A DNA stretch of 63,082 nt, filler included. It is 14 parts of 14 records of this genome, joined end to end, with 100 filler letters (N's around TTAATTAATTAA, not from the genome) between each part and the next. Parts side by side here need not be neighbours in the genome. Positions count along the whole stretch, not along the records: positions 44,445 to 48,311 come from SRR15195285_5650; positions 48,412 to 52,193 come from SRR15195285_5651; positions 52,294 to 63,082 come from SRR15195285_5654; 11 more parts are not named here. One strand, 5' to 3'. How positions within the stretch are numbered: the stretch's first letter is position 1; every line of letters starts with the position of its first letter. Made by a program: the position numbers and the translations under genes. Below, piece by piece: positions 44,652-54,613 of the stretch. The notes below the pieces were generated by a model that saw only the letters and a list, made by a program, of their open reading frames with translations, made no database searches and had not been told where the DNA came from.

Positions 44652-47600
44652 ATGTTGCGGCTGCTGTGCCTCGCCGTCAGCGCCGTCGGTGCAGCTGGCT
44701 CTAGCGCAACACTACTGCCAGGGCAGACGCTGTCTGCCGGTGAGTTTCTCACGGACGGCAATGGGTATCTGCTGATGCAGGCGGACGGTGATCTGACGGT
44801 CTGCACCACGTTGAGCTCCGATGGCGCGAGCTGTGGCGGCGATGGACCGGCTTGGAGCGCCGGCTCGGGAGGGAATCCGGGTTCCCACGCGCTGATGCAG
44901 GAGTTTGGCGTGCTGTCCGTGTTTCCGAAGAAGGCGTGTGGTTCGGGTTCTGACTGCAGGCTGTGGCAAAGTCACACGATGGCAAGCGCTGGCTGCGCCA
45001 CCAAGGACGTAAATTGCTCGTACGTCCAGATCCAGAAGGACGGCAACGTCGTCATGCACACTGGAGCCAGTCCAGCGACAGCGGGACCAGTCATCTGGAC
45101 CACTGGAACGAAAGTTATGCCGAAGAACACTAAAAATGTGCTGTGGATGATCGCCGATGATATGCGGCCCGACATGAATGTCGCATATGGCCAGTCTCAC
45201 ATGATCACCCCCGCGTTTGACAGGCTGGCCAAGGAAGGGTCCGTATTCACTAGAGCTTACTGCCAAATCGCAGTATGTGCTCCCAGTCGGAACAGGTGAG
45301 CCCGTGTTTGCACTGCAGTGGGTGCCTTGGTGCTGCTATTGATCGCGTCCGTGCCTTGCATCGCAGTTTCATGAGTGGCCTGAGACCCGACGTGACTGGA
45401 ATCTTCAACTTTGCTAACCATATACGAGAGCCTGGCCAACCTCCGATCGTCACGACACCGCAGCAATTCCGCGACTGGGGCTACACGACGCTCGGTAGGA
45501 CCCGACTGCTGAACAATGTTGTGAAATAGCCGGATGTTTTGCTGTGCACTGATCCCTTTGCTGGCACATTGCGCTGTGGCAGGTGGAGGAAAAACCTTTC
45601 ACTATAATTTGCCGCCGTACTGGGACGATATCACCGGGAAGATGGGTTCTTGGTCCACGCGATTGCAGCCGTGCGTACCAACTCACACTCTGTACAGACC
45701 GAATAGCTCTTGCGGCGCCAAGATACGACTGTCAACTTCACTCGATCCTACTGTCGCTTTTGTCGCAGATACTATCCGTTCTGGGAGTTCGTCGGGTCTA
45801 GTGACTTCGCATATTGTCCGATCGAAGGAGTTCCTCAGGTGACTTCCTTGGAATCAGAGCGTCAACACTTTCCGTTAGCTCTGCTTCGTCTGCGTAGACT
45901 GATAGCTGCTGTTAATTTGACACGGTCTCGTAGCATTGGCCAGAAGGGGGTGTCCTCACTGGGCAGGCAGCAGACAGCGCGTCTTACTGCGTCGTGAACG
46001 GATCTTTGACAGAGCAGATCTATGGTGTGTGAACCCTCCGATCTCAACAGCAACCAGTAGTACACACCGCAATCCTGATGTGTTGAAGCTGTGTCACAGA
46101 TTATCGTTTGGCAACACACACTATCGCAACTCTCCAGCTTGCGAAGCGCGAAGGCAAGCCATTTTTCGTGATGGCGGGCTTCCGACGCCCACACCGTGAT
46201 TTCCTTGTGCACCAGCAGTACTGGGATATGTACCCTGCAGCAACTGAAATCGCAACGGCAAAGTATCCTGTTCGAAGCCCTTCACAGCCTCTCATCGGTG
46301 AGAGCTAAATGTTGAGAGATATTAGCAGGCCACAACCGCATTTTCAGTAACCCATAATTGCTATTCTCTGAGTGGTGGGTGGTGGTGGTTGCACTACAGC
46401 GTTCCATCCTGCTGGCTTCAAGCTACCGAACGGAACATCTTATTCTGGAAACCCTGATTTAGCCTGGCCTGTCGAGATACAGCAAATCGCCCGCAAGGTA
46501 TGTCAAACGGAGCTCCGGAGTATACATCAAAGGGTCTCATCGTAGGACAGCCTCAGATTGCATTGCGTTTGTCTCAAATCAGCCGAACAACTGTGTTGAA
46601 TAGGCCTACTACACAGCAATCACACAGACAGATGCACAGGTCGGACGAGTGCTGGATGAATTGGATAGTCTTGGCTACGAACAGTCCACGATCGTAGTCA
46701 TCACCGCGGATCGTGAGCGATCTTCATGTTTTCTTCTCGCTCTTGCCTCGCGTTAACATTCGATGAATTTTAAGGTCATATGCACATTGTTCATGTTTGC
46801 ATAGACGGATGGCAGCTGGGAGAGCATGGCCTCTGGGATAAACAGGTGCGCATGCGCATGTTTCTGTCACTCTGGTTTCTGTTGTTCTCAAAGACCATCC
46901 AACAATCAAAACTCTACTAACACTGAAACTGCGTTGCCGGAATTGTCACTGGATTAACAGACTGAGTTTGAACTAGCCACACGTGTGCCCTTACTCGTCA
47001 AAGTGCCGTGGGCTACACCGTCGGTTGGCAAGCGCCTCGACCATTTCGTAGAGCTCGTCGACCTGCACGCAACACTGGCCGATTTGGCCGGGTTGCCACC
47101 AACACCTCCAACGGCTCTTCCCGATTCGGTGATGGTGAAGCAGTCTAGATCATTCGCTGGCATTTTCACTCAGGTAGGACTGTCACATAGAGCTATGCGC
47201 GACTTCCGGTTTGTCTGGCCACGTGAGTGCATTAGACGGACAAAACCCACCAGCACGCAAATTTACTCGCAGGCTGTCTGTCGCAGCCATCGCTGGAGTT
47301 CAAGAATGCCAGCTTTTCGCAGTGGCCTGTCTGTACCAAAGTAGCCAACGCCTCGTGCATGGCTTGCACTGGGCCGCAGTCCTCGCGCGCTGTGCTTGAC
47401 AGTATGGGCTACAGCATAAGAACATCCGATTGGCGCTTGACAATCTGGCTGGTGCGCTCTTGTGTGTAAACTGTTAGCCGTTTTGTGAGTGCACTGGTGG
47501 TACATACTGACAGTGACTGCTACTGATGTCGCGTGGAGCAGCCGTTTAACAATACGGTCTTTGTGGCGGAATGGGAAAGCACGCCCATCGCGGTAGAACT

Positions 47601-47853
47601 TTATGACCATCGGGAGTCCCAAGTGGTTCTTGACTTTGACGAAGATGGCGAGCATGAGAATGTCGCAGCCGATCCCAAAAACGCCCAGACCATCGCTGAC
47701 CTGACGATGCAGCTTAAGGCACAGTACTCCTACGACCGCAGCTGGCTTGTTCAGAGGATGGCGCAGATGGCACGTGGACAGGGGCAGCAAGCGATACGAG
47801 ACGGTTACATTGACCGGCCAACAGCCGGACCAGACGAATTCCTAGGGGTTTGA
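44652..47853 (+). CDS. Secreted iduronate-2-sulfatase-like sulfatase with N-terminal bulb-type (B/GNA) lectin domain, about 11 introns
   Basis: Signal peptide; MQADGDL and IQKDGNVV lectin motifs; NVLWMIADDMRP, CAPSRNSFMSGLRPD, GKTFH, GFRRPH and D|HGWQLGEHGLWDK. Confidence 0.9.
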
Positions 47854-48411
47854 ATGTGGTCCAGTGGCACTGGTCGGAACCTTCGGAATGAAAATTACAA
47901 CGGTCAACATTTTGCCCGCTCGATCTGAATAATACTTGAACTCACAGTATCAATGAAAACGGGGATTTAAAAGGCCCATCAACATTCACCCACCACAAAC
48001 GCCACAAAGCGAAATAACGAACCCAAACGCAGTGGTGCACAGAGTTCAAAGACACTTTTTAAACAACGAATAAAGCGTGAGAGTAGTTAGTCTCGTGCGT
48101 GAGGTAAGCGCCAGGATAGCTAGTTCTATGATAGATGAACGATCCGGGCTGGAGATCAAGGCTTATGCTTGGGCGCCATGATCAGCCACCACCAACCGCT
48201 AACACTGCGGGCTCGCCACCATCGCGTGGCCACCGCGCACACAGGGCATACGGGCCGGGCCGTATGCCCTGTGTGTTCGCCACCCTCCCATACCAATCAA
48301 CAATCCGCCCCNNNNNNNNNNNNNNNNNNNNNNNNNNNNNNNNNNNNNNNNNNNNTTAATTAATTAANNNNNNNNNNNNNNNNNNNNNNNNNNNNNNNNN
48401 NNNNNNNNNNN

Positions 48412-48457
48412 TCAGAATTCAGAATTCAGAATTCAGAATTCTGAATCCTGAATTCAG
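48412..48457. repeat. (TCAGAAT)n minisatellite that switches to its reverse complement
   Basis: TCAGAAT x4 is followed by TCTGAAT/CCTGAAT. Confidence 0.8.
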
Positions 48458-48629
48458 AGCCCCTTCAACCTGGGCACTGCGAACAGTAGAACAATTCGAC
48501 CCAAACCCTCAGTACGCGCGAGCCGGCCGTCTCAGAAGTCGATCTACATCCGTGTACACGGCGTCCGACGCACGCGTGCACTGACTGCGTGGCACGATGG
48601 TGAGACCATGACGGCGCGTGGTCGTGGAC

Positions 48630-51356
48630 ATGGGCCTCTTTGGGAAGAAGCTGGAGCCGGAGCCGGAGATCGTCGCTGCCGGCAGTACTGGTGATGCTGA
48701 CGGTGATGGGATGGAGGAGAGCGGTGCGAAGATGGGGGGCGTTCGCTGGCAGCGCGCGCACCGTAGTCTGGCGCTGAAGGAGGACGGAGCGGTCGCGCAT
48801 GGTGACGGTGGGTTCCGTTGCGCGATGGGCGCTGTGGTGCTGCGGCGCGGACAGCACTTTGCGGAGTTCACGATCGTCACCGGGCGCAGGGTGATGCTGG
48901 GCGTAGTGCGGCCGGACTGGAGCGTTGACGGATGGGGCGATGGGTCCGCAGCGCAGCAGTGCCATCACGTCGGCGGCCATGCCTTCTACTCGAGCGCCGA
49001 TGGTCGATGCTTCCCCGGCAACGCTGAGTGGCGTGGCGCCCAGGCGGCGCGCGCGGGAGACCGCATGGGCCTACTGCTTGATCTCGATGAGGGCAGTATG
49101 ACACTCTGTAAGAACGACGAGCGGCTTGGACTGATGCTGCCAAAAGGCTCATTGAGTGGTGAGTTCTGTTGGGCTGTTGGGATGGTGCGAAGCGCTAGAG
49201 GTGACTGTGTGCGCATCGTTTCAGCGCCCGTGCCAGAGTGCCTGAAAGTCAGGCTCAGCAAGAAGGAAAAGAAGCGGCTCGCTACGCGCAATCTGAAGGG
49301 AAGTACGAAGGAGCAATCACTGCAACCCACGTCAGAGGAGCCAGAGACAGCCGACCCGTCGGGAGTGTTTGCACGGGCGCATCCGACCATCACACTGTCA
49401 GACTGCGGAGGCGGTTCGGAAGCGTGCAGCAGCCGGGGGTACCGCGCGGCAGCCAGCAGCGACGTGATGTCTGAAGGGCAGCACTTTGTTGAGTTTGTGA
49501 TTTCCTTTATCGGCCCGCCCTGCATTCCAGGCCCCGATCGAAACAGCAGTGGTGGCAGGCAAGATGGGGGCGTGAATGTGTTACTGGGGGTCATTCGGCC
49601 GCAGTGGGATGTGGAGCTTGGACAGGAGCCAGAGGAAGTGGGCGAGCACTGTTTTTTCAACTGTCGAAGTGGCTATTGCTTTCCGAATCGGGCTGAATGG
49701 GAAGGAATGGAACCGCTCAGCAATCGCAGTACCCCCGCTCGGGTTGAGAGTCAGAGCGACGGAGAGGGGGCGCTCCCCGTGCGGCTGGGCATGCTGTTGG
49801 ATCTTGACACAGGTAGCTTGGCGATCTACAAGAACGGACGACGGTTGGGTGTAATGGCGGACGGTCTTTGCGGTGAGTATTGCTGGGCAGTCTCGATGCT
49901 TGGTGATCAAGGAGAGTGTGTCACAATCACCTCCAACAGTAAGCAAACAGCCACTCAGGTAGAGGCAACGGCGCAGCAACTATTTTCGCACCAGGTCGCT
50001 GCAGAACGTGCGCAGGAACTGCACGCCACAGAAGCGGCACGTGCAAAACAGCTGCATGCACAACGCGTGGAACAGGAGGTATTGGCTGGGCTAACCAACG
50101 CGGCAGAGGCAGTCTACTCCGAGCGAGGATTCCTGCGATTTGACCTGTGCCATCCTAGCCTGATCGCTTCAGAGCAGACCGACGGCACGAGTGTGTTCAA
50201 AACGCATTCTGGAAGTGACAGATTCAGCGGTTACCGCACAGCAGCGAGCGCTGTCGTTATGCGAACGGGCGTGCACTTCGCACAGTTCACTATTGAAGCT
50301 GAATACATTGTGTACATTGGGTTGGTGGCAGCGGCTTGGGATGTCACCACAGGTAGGGATGCCCACTTGCAGTATGCTCATGTCTTTTGGGAGAGTCTGT
50401 ATGGAAAACGATATCCGTTTCCATTGGCGCCGGCTCATGATGTCAATGCAGCGCTGGTGCCGACAGCAAGCACAAATCCGAAGGATGATCAGCGTTGCAT
50501 TGATGATGATCAGCGGCGGCAGAACCAACTCCTTCTGTCGGCTGCTGCAGACGGGGATGCTGAGGCAGTCCGGCACAGTCTCGAAGCTGGTGCCAATCCA
50601 CAAGCTACTGATAGCAATGGTTGGAACGCCATTGTGCTAGCGATACGTGGCGACCATGTCGGTGTACTGGAGGTGCTCTGGGGAGCTCCACAGCCACAAT
50701 TAGAGCCATCAAAACCACAGTCGGAAGGGTCAGCGTCGGGGTCGGGGTCGGGGTCGGAGTCGGAGTCTGAGGATTCAGAGTCAGAGTCAAACTCGTTGGA
50801 GGGTGCTGTGGAAGTGATTGGCGCTGACCACCAAAGGCAGTGCATGTGGCGAGATGAGGTCGCCGAGATGCTGACAGTTGCTGATGAGTGGGGTCGTACC
50901 CCGATGATGTACGCAGCAATGCTACACCACCGGCTCTGGCCACATGATGCGACAGAAGGCGAGACAGAATCACTAGAGTGGCTGAAGGGCAAGCTCGGTT
51001 TAACTCTCGGTGCCACGCCAGCCGACGCGGCAGAGGTTGACTGGAGGCGCAAGAACAGCGTTGGTGGTGAATGGGAGGGGAGGCAAGGGGCCATAAGCAA
51101 GGGCGACCGCATTGGTATGCTATTAGACCTCGAGCAGGGGACGCTCACGCTGTACAAAAACGACACCATGCTGGGCTTGATGGTCAGCCCCGCCCATGTT
51201 GCCAGCGAAGGTGTTGTGCCGCTCAGGCAGTCGCATGGTTGGCGCTGGGCTGTGTCACTGATGCGGCCAGGTGATACCGTTAGCATCGAGGCATTTGAGT
51301 CACCAGAGGCAGCTGCGACAGCAGCTTTGGATGAGAGGGCCTTGTTGGCGACTTAG
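48630..51356 (+). CDS. Triple-SPRY protein with ankyrin repeats inserted in the third SPRY domain, intronless
   Basis: Three copies of G.HF.EF...G....WD...GDR.G.LLDLD.G.....KN..RLG......WAV; ankyrin motifs AAADGD..V..LEAGA and DEWGRTPMMYAA. Confidence 0.82.
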   Translation: MGLFGKKLEPEPEIVAAGSTGDADGDGMEESGAKMGGVRWQRAHRSLALKEDGAVAHGDGGFRCAMGAVVLRRGQHFAEFTIVTGRRVMLGVVRPDWSVDGWGDGSAAQQCHHVGGHAFYSSADGRCFPGNAEWRGAQAARAGDRMGLLLDLDEGSMTLCKNDERLGLMLPKGSLSGEFCWAVGMVRSARGDCVRIVSAPVPECLKVRLSKKEKKRLATRNLKGSTKEQSLQPTSEEPETADPSGVFARAHPTITLSDCGGGSEACSSRGYRAAASSDVMSEGQHFVEFVISFIGPPCIPGPDRNSSGGRQDGGVNVLLGVIRPQWDVELGQEPEEVGEHCFFNCRSGYCFPNRAEWEGMEPLSNRSTPARVESQSDGEGALPVRLGMLLDLDTGSLAIYKNGRRLGVMADGLCGEYCWAVSMLGDQGECVTITSNSKQTATQVEATAQQLFSHQVAAERAQELHATEAARAKQLHAQRVEQEVLAGLTNAAEAVYSERGFLRFDLCHPSLIASEQTDGTSVFKTHSGSDRFSGYRTAASAVVMRTGVHFAQFTIEAEYIVYIGLVAAAWDVTTGRDAHLQYAHVFWESLYGKRYPFPLAPAHDVNAALVPTASTNPKDDQRCIDDDQRRQNQLLLSAAADGDAEAVRHSLEAGANPQATDSNGWNAIVLAIRGDHVGVLEVLWGAPQPQLEPSKPQSEGSASGSGSGSESESEDSESESNSLEGAVEVIGADHQRQCMWRDEVAEMLTVADEWGRTPMMYAAMLHHRLWPHDATEGETESLEWLKGKLGLTLGATPADAAEVDWRRKNSVGGEWEGRQGAISKGDRIGMLLDLEQGTLTLYKNDTMLGLMVSPAHVASEGVVPLRQSHGWRWAVSLMRPGDTVSIEAFESPEAAATAALDERALLAT

Positions 51357-51786
51357 TGTGGTAGCAGCTGGGGCGTCATTGTGACTGAATGTTCAAACAC
51401 TTCGCGACCGCATGTACATAGTATGCTCCAGTACATTGGCCCGCGGGCAGAAGATGCCACATGCACCGTTTTCGCCCACTCCTGGATTTCGGCCCCTTCT
51501 AGCCGCTACGCTCCCCCACCCCCAGGGCTACCCGGGCAAAAGGCCTTTTGCCCGGGCAGCGCTTCAGGCGGAGTTTCCACGCGATGTGCCAAGGATCTGC
51601 ATGTGCGTGCCACCGTGACGGGAGTGGACGCAAGCGCCTGGAGGAAGCACCCCAGCAAATTCTTCATTTTGTGATTACGCATTAAGTGCGATTCCTCCGC
51701 ACTCGAGCGTACCGATGTTTTTGCACAGCTGGAGGCTTGATCCGCTCGCTCTTAGCAGCAACTCGCTCTCGCGCGTAAGTTGTCAG

Positions 51787-52117
51787 TTAGACCCACATAG
51801 CCGCGAGCGCCATTGCTCCAGCCGCGAGGATCTTGCTCAACGCTATACATGAGCTGTTAGAGAATTTGTTCAGGTCCTCAATGCATTCAGTTGCTCCTGC
51901 ATCGCTTGTCTTGCCGTCTGGGCAGCTGTTGCACGATATCTTGCTCAGAGATGAATCGTCTAGTTCGGGATCCAGAAATTTTCCTGCCGGGCACGGCTCG
52001 CAAAATGTGCGATCAGAGTAGCTTTCTGTCCCTGGCTCACAGTTCTTGCAGGCTTCTTTTCGGAATTCGTACGGCATGCCCCCGGCATCGTACTGGCCCA
52101 TTGGGCACTCTTCGCAG
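51787..52117 (-). CDS. Last exon of a Cys-rich (CxxC, ephrin-receptor-like repeat) surface protein with a hydrophobic, GPI-like C-terminus
   Basis: CEECPMG, CKNCEPG, CEPCPAG and CNSCPDG; hydrophobic tail ILAAGAMALAAMWV. Confidence 0.7.
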
Positions 52118-52737
52118 CTTTCGTAAAGATGGTAGGACGCTAGCTAGAGTACTAATTTCAGTAATTATTACGACTATGAATCATACAAATAACNNNNNNN
52201 NNNNNNNNNNNNNNNNNNNNNNNNNNNNNNNNNNNNNTTAATTAATTAANNNNNNNNNNNNNNNNNNNNNNNNNNNNNNNNNNNNNNNNNNNNGAATCAG
52301 CTTTGCCCGCCGGACTCTACAGGGATGTCCTACTGCATGCAATTACTTGACCCGCCGAAGATCATTTTTGGATTGTGTAAAAAAATCGGGAAACTTTCTC
52401 CCAAGCTACGAACCAACGAGCAACATGCCAGGCAGACGAGGACTCTCCGGTCTCCCTCGGCGATCTCCGGCCGGCGCGCGCGTGCGGCCCCAGCAGGGCC
52501 GCGCGCGCGGCTCGCGATCCCTCCGGATCCGCGCGCAGCGAGATCGACCGCGGTCGACACGTGTCGAACATGCGTACCATGCAGGGTACCTCAGCTGTCG
52601 CGTGCAACTCGTACCCATTGGCTTCGCGGGGCCGCTTTTTCCTGTTCACTGCTCTATGCCGTGCTAACCCTCCCCCCCCGCCCCGCGGCGCCTCTGTGCT
52701 CACTGGGGAGGTCTGCCCACGCATGGCCACTGGCCAG

Positions 52738-53874
52738 ATGCCCGCCCTGAAGAGAACGGTCGCCGTGGTCCTGGCCCTGGCCGCCACGTGCGCCGCGGCA
52801 CAGGAGCTCCCTCCTCCCCACCCCCCAGCGGCGTCTCCCGTCGACGAGCTGCCGCCCCCAGTTCCGCCGCCAGCCCCCCCGCAGTGCGGCTCCGCCACGG
52901 ATGGCAGCAACGAACTCCTTGGGAAGATCCAGACCCTGCGCGAAGAGCTCACCGCGACCAAGGCGGCGCTGAAGGAGGCCGTAGACGCCAAGAACTACGC
53001 CGCCGCGGCTGAGCACCAAGCCAAGGAAGCCGAGCTCACCGCCAGCCTCGCCGAGCTGAAGAAGGCGCGGGCCGCAGCGTGCGGCCCGGACGGGCTGCCG
53101 CAGCCCGCCGATGACATGCGGGCCGTGGCGATGCGGGCGTGGGGGGAACGCGCAACCGCGCTGCTGGCCCCTCTGGAGCCCGCCATCAACACGACCCTGG
53201 CAATCATGCACCAAGGCTTGACCCTCGCCGCGGCAGAGGGCTCCATGAAGATACGCATCGTGCCGTCCTCGCCCACAGCACGGCCGCCCCCGCCCGCTGC
53301 GGTGGACTACAGCATGGGGTGGGGCTCGTGCCAGGTCCCTGTCGGCAAAGGCCTGACTGAAGAACTCGTCGCCAAGTTCCGCGCGAATTTTCAGCAGCAA
53401 CAGCATCAACAGCGTCAGAATCACCAGGCAGTGTACGGGGCCCTCACTGGCCATGCCATAGCACCAGTGGCGGTGGACGACTGCTCCGAAGAGCAACTGC
53501 AGTCCTACGCCGCGACTTTCGACGGCGATACGCTGCACGCTGCTGAGGATTTGTGGCGCGTGCTGCGCTCGCCCGTGGGTTTTCTCAGCCTGCGTTGGCG
53601 CCTCCACGAGGCTGGGTACGCAACGCGGGTGGAGCTGAACTCCAAAACACAAGATGAATATAGAGGCGTCCACCAGAAACAGACACGCAACCACTTCGAC
53701 TTAGCACGGGTCGTCTCGATGGAGGTCGCCTACGGTCGAGCCGGCGAGGCACTGAAAAACCAGATGGTCAACCAGTACAACGAACAATCGAAACAAAACC
53801 AACACCTCGAACGCTCGGAGACGTTCGTTGAGTTCGTGGAGGCCGAAGTGCAGCGCCTGAGCGATTTGGCGTAG
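52738..53874 (+). CDS. Secreted hypothetical protein with a Pro-rich linker and a UVR-like helical hairpin
   Basis: Signal peptide MPALKRTVAVVLALAATCAAA; LKEAVDAKNYAAAA resembles the UVR motif; intronless. Confidence 0.65.
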   Translation: MPALKRTVAVVLALAATCAAAQELPPPHPPAASPVDELPPPVPPPAPPQCGSATDGSNELLGKIQTLREELTATKAALKEAVDAKNYAAAAEHQAKEAELTASLAELKKARAAACGPDGLPQPADDMRAVAMRAWGERATALLAPLEPAINTTLAIMHQGLTLAAAEGSMKIRIVPSSPTARPPPPAAVDYSMGWGSCQVPVGKGLTEELVAKFRANFQQQQHQQRQNHQAVYGALTGHAIAPVAVDDCSEEQLQSYAATFDGDTLHAAEDLWRVLRSPVGFLSLRWRLHEAGYATRVELNSKTQDEYRGVHQKQTRNHFDLARVVSMEVAYGRAGEALKNQMVNQYNEQSKQNQHLERSETFVEFVEAEVQRLSDLA

Positions 53875-54613
53875 CCAACCGTGGCTTGTGGCCTGTGGAA
53901 CCAAATTGTCTGTGTGAATTGTGGGAGGTGGCGGCGGCGATGGACGGGAAGGAGAAGGGAGACCTGCAGCTGGCGCTAAGCCGCTAACCACGGCGCTGTT
54001 CGCCTAAGCAATGAAGCCTTCTGTCTATTCGCACCTACTCACGCCACTTGCAGCGGTACCCCGAAGTGTGAGGGTGGGAACAAGGCCCATAGAGAGGGTT
54101 CCCCGTACGTCCTACCCACCTAGGACACACCCGTGGGGTGTGTCCTAGGTGGAGTCGACAAAGGCGGTCAAATTTTGTGACGGGAAATACCGCTGTCTTT
54201 ATTGCCCCGGGGGACTGGGCATTGGCGCGCGGGGGTACGACAGTCGACACAACGTTCCGTGTGGGTTTTGCAGTGGCCACCTCGCGTTGCCCGACCACTG
54301 CACACACATTGGGACACTGGCGAGCATGTGCAGGACCGACGACCTGCCCGCGGAGCTGACAAGCGAGGGATTCATCCGGGAGCACGTCGCGTGGCGCGCG
54401 GCGGGTCTGTTCAAGCGCCCTGTATGCAGCGACGCCGACTGCCAGCGCGGTCGCGACCCCTGATGTTCAAGGAGCCTGACGGCCAACCATGTGAGTCTAT
54501 GCGTATGCAAGCCCAGTTTCCGGTCATGAGATGATAATTATAAAAATGGTACTTTTGGCATGACGTCGGGCAATCATTAGGGCACTTAGCGTAGACAGCT
54601 CGATGGCTTGTCA

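Noticed and set aside
47860-48311. Possible tRNA or snRNA in intergenic stretches (also 19480-19620)
   Set aside because: No cloverleaf, T-loop or Sm-site pattern could be fitted by eye.
3020-52293. Regularly recurring TTAATTAATTAA flanked by N runs, as a repeat array or CRISPR
   Set aside because: It is an artificial six-frame-stop contig linker.
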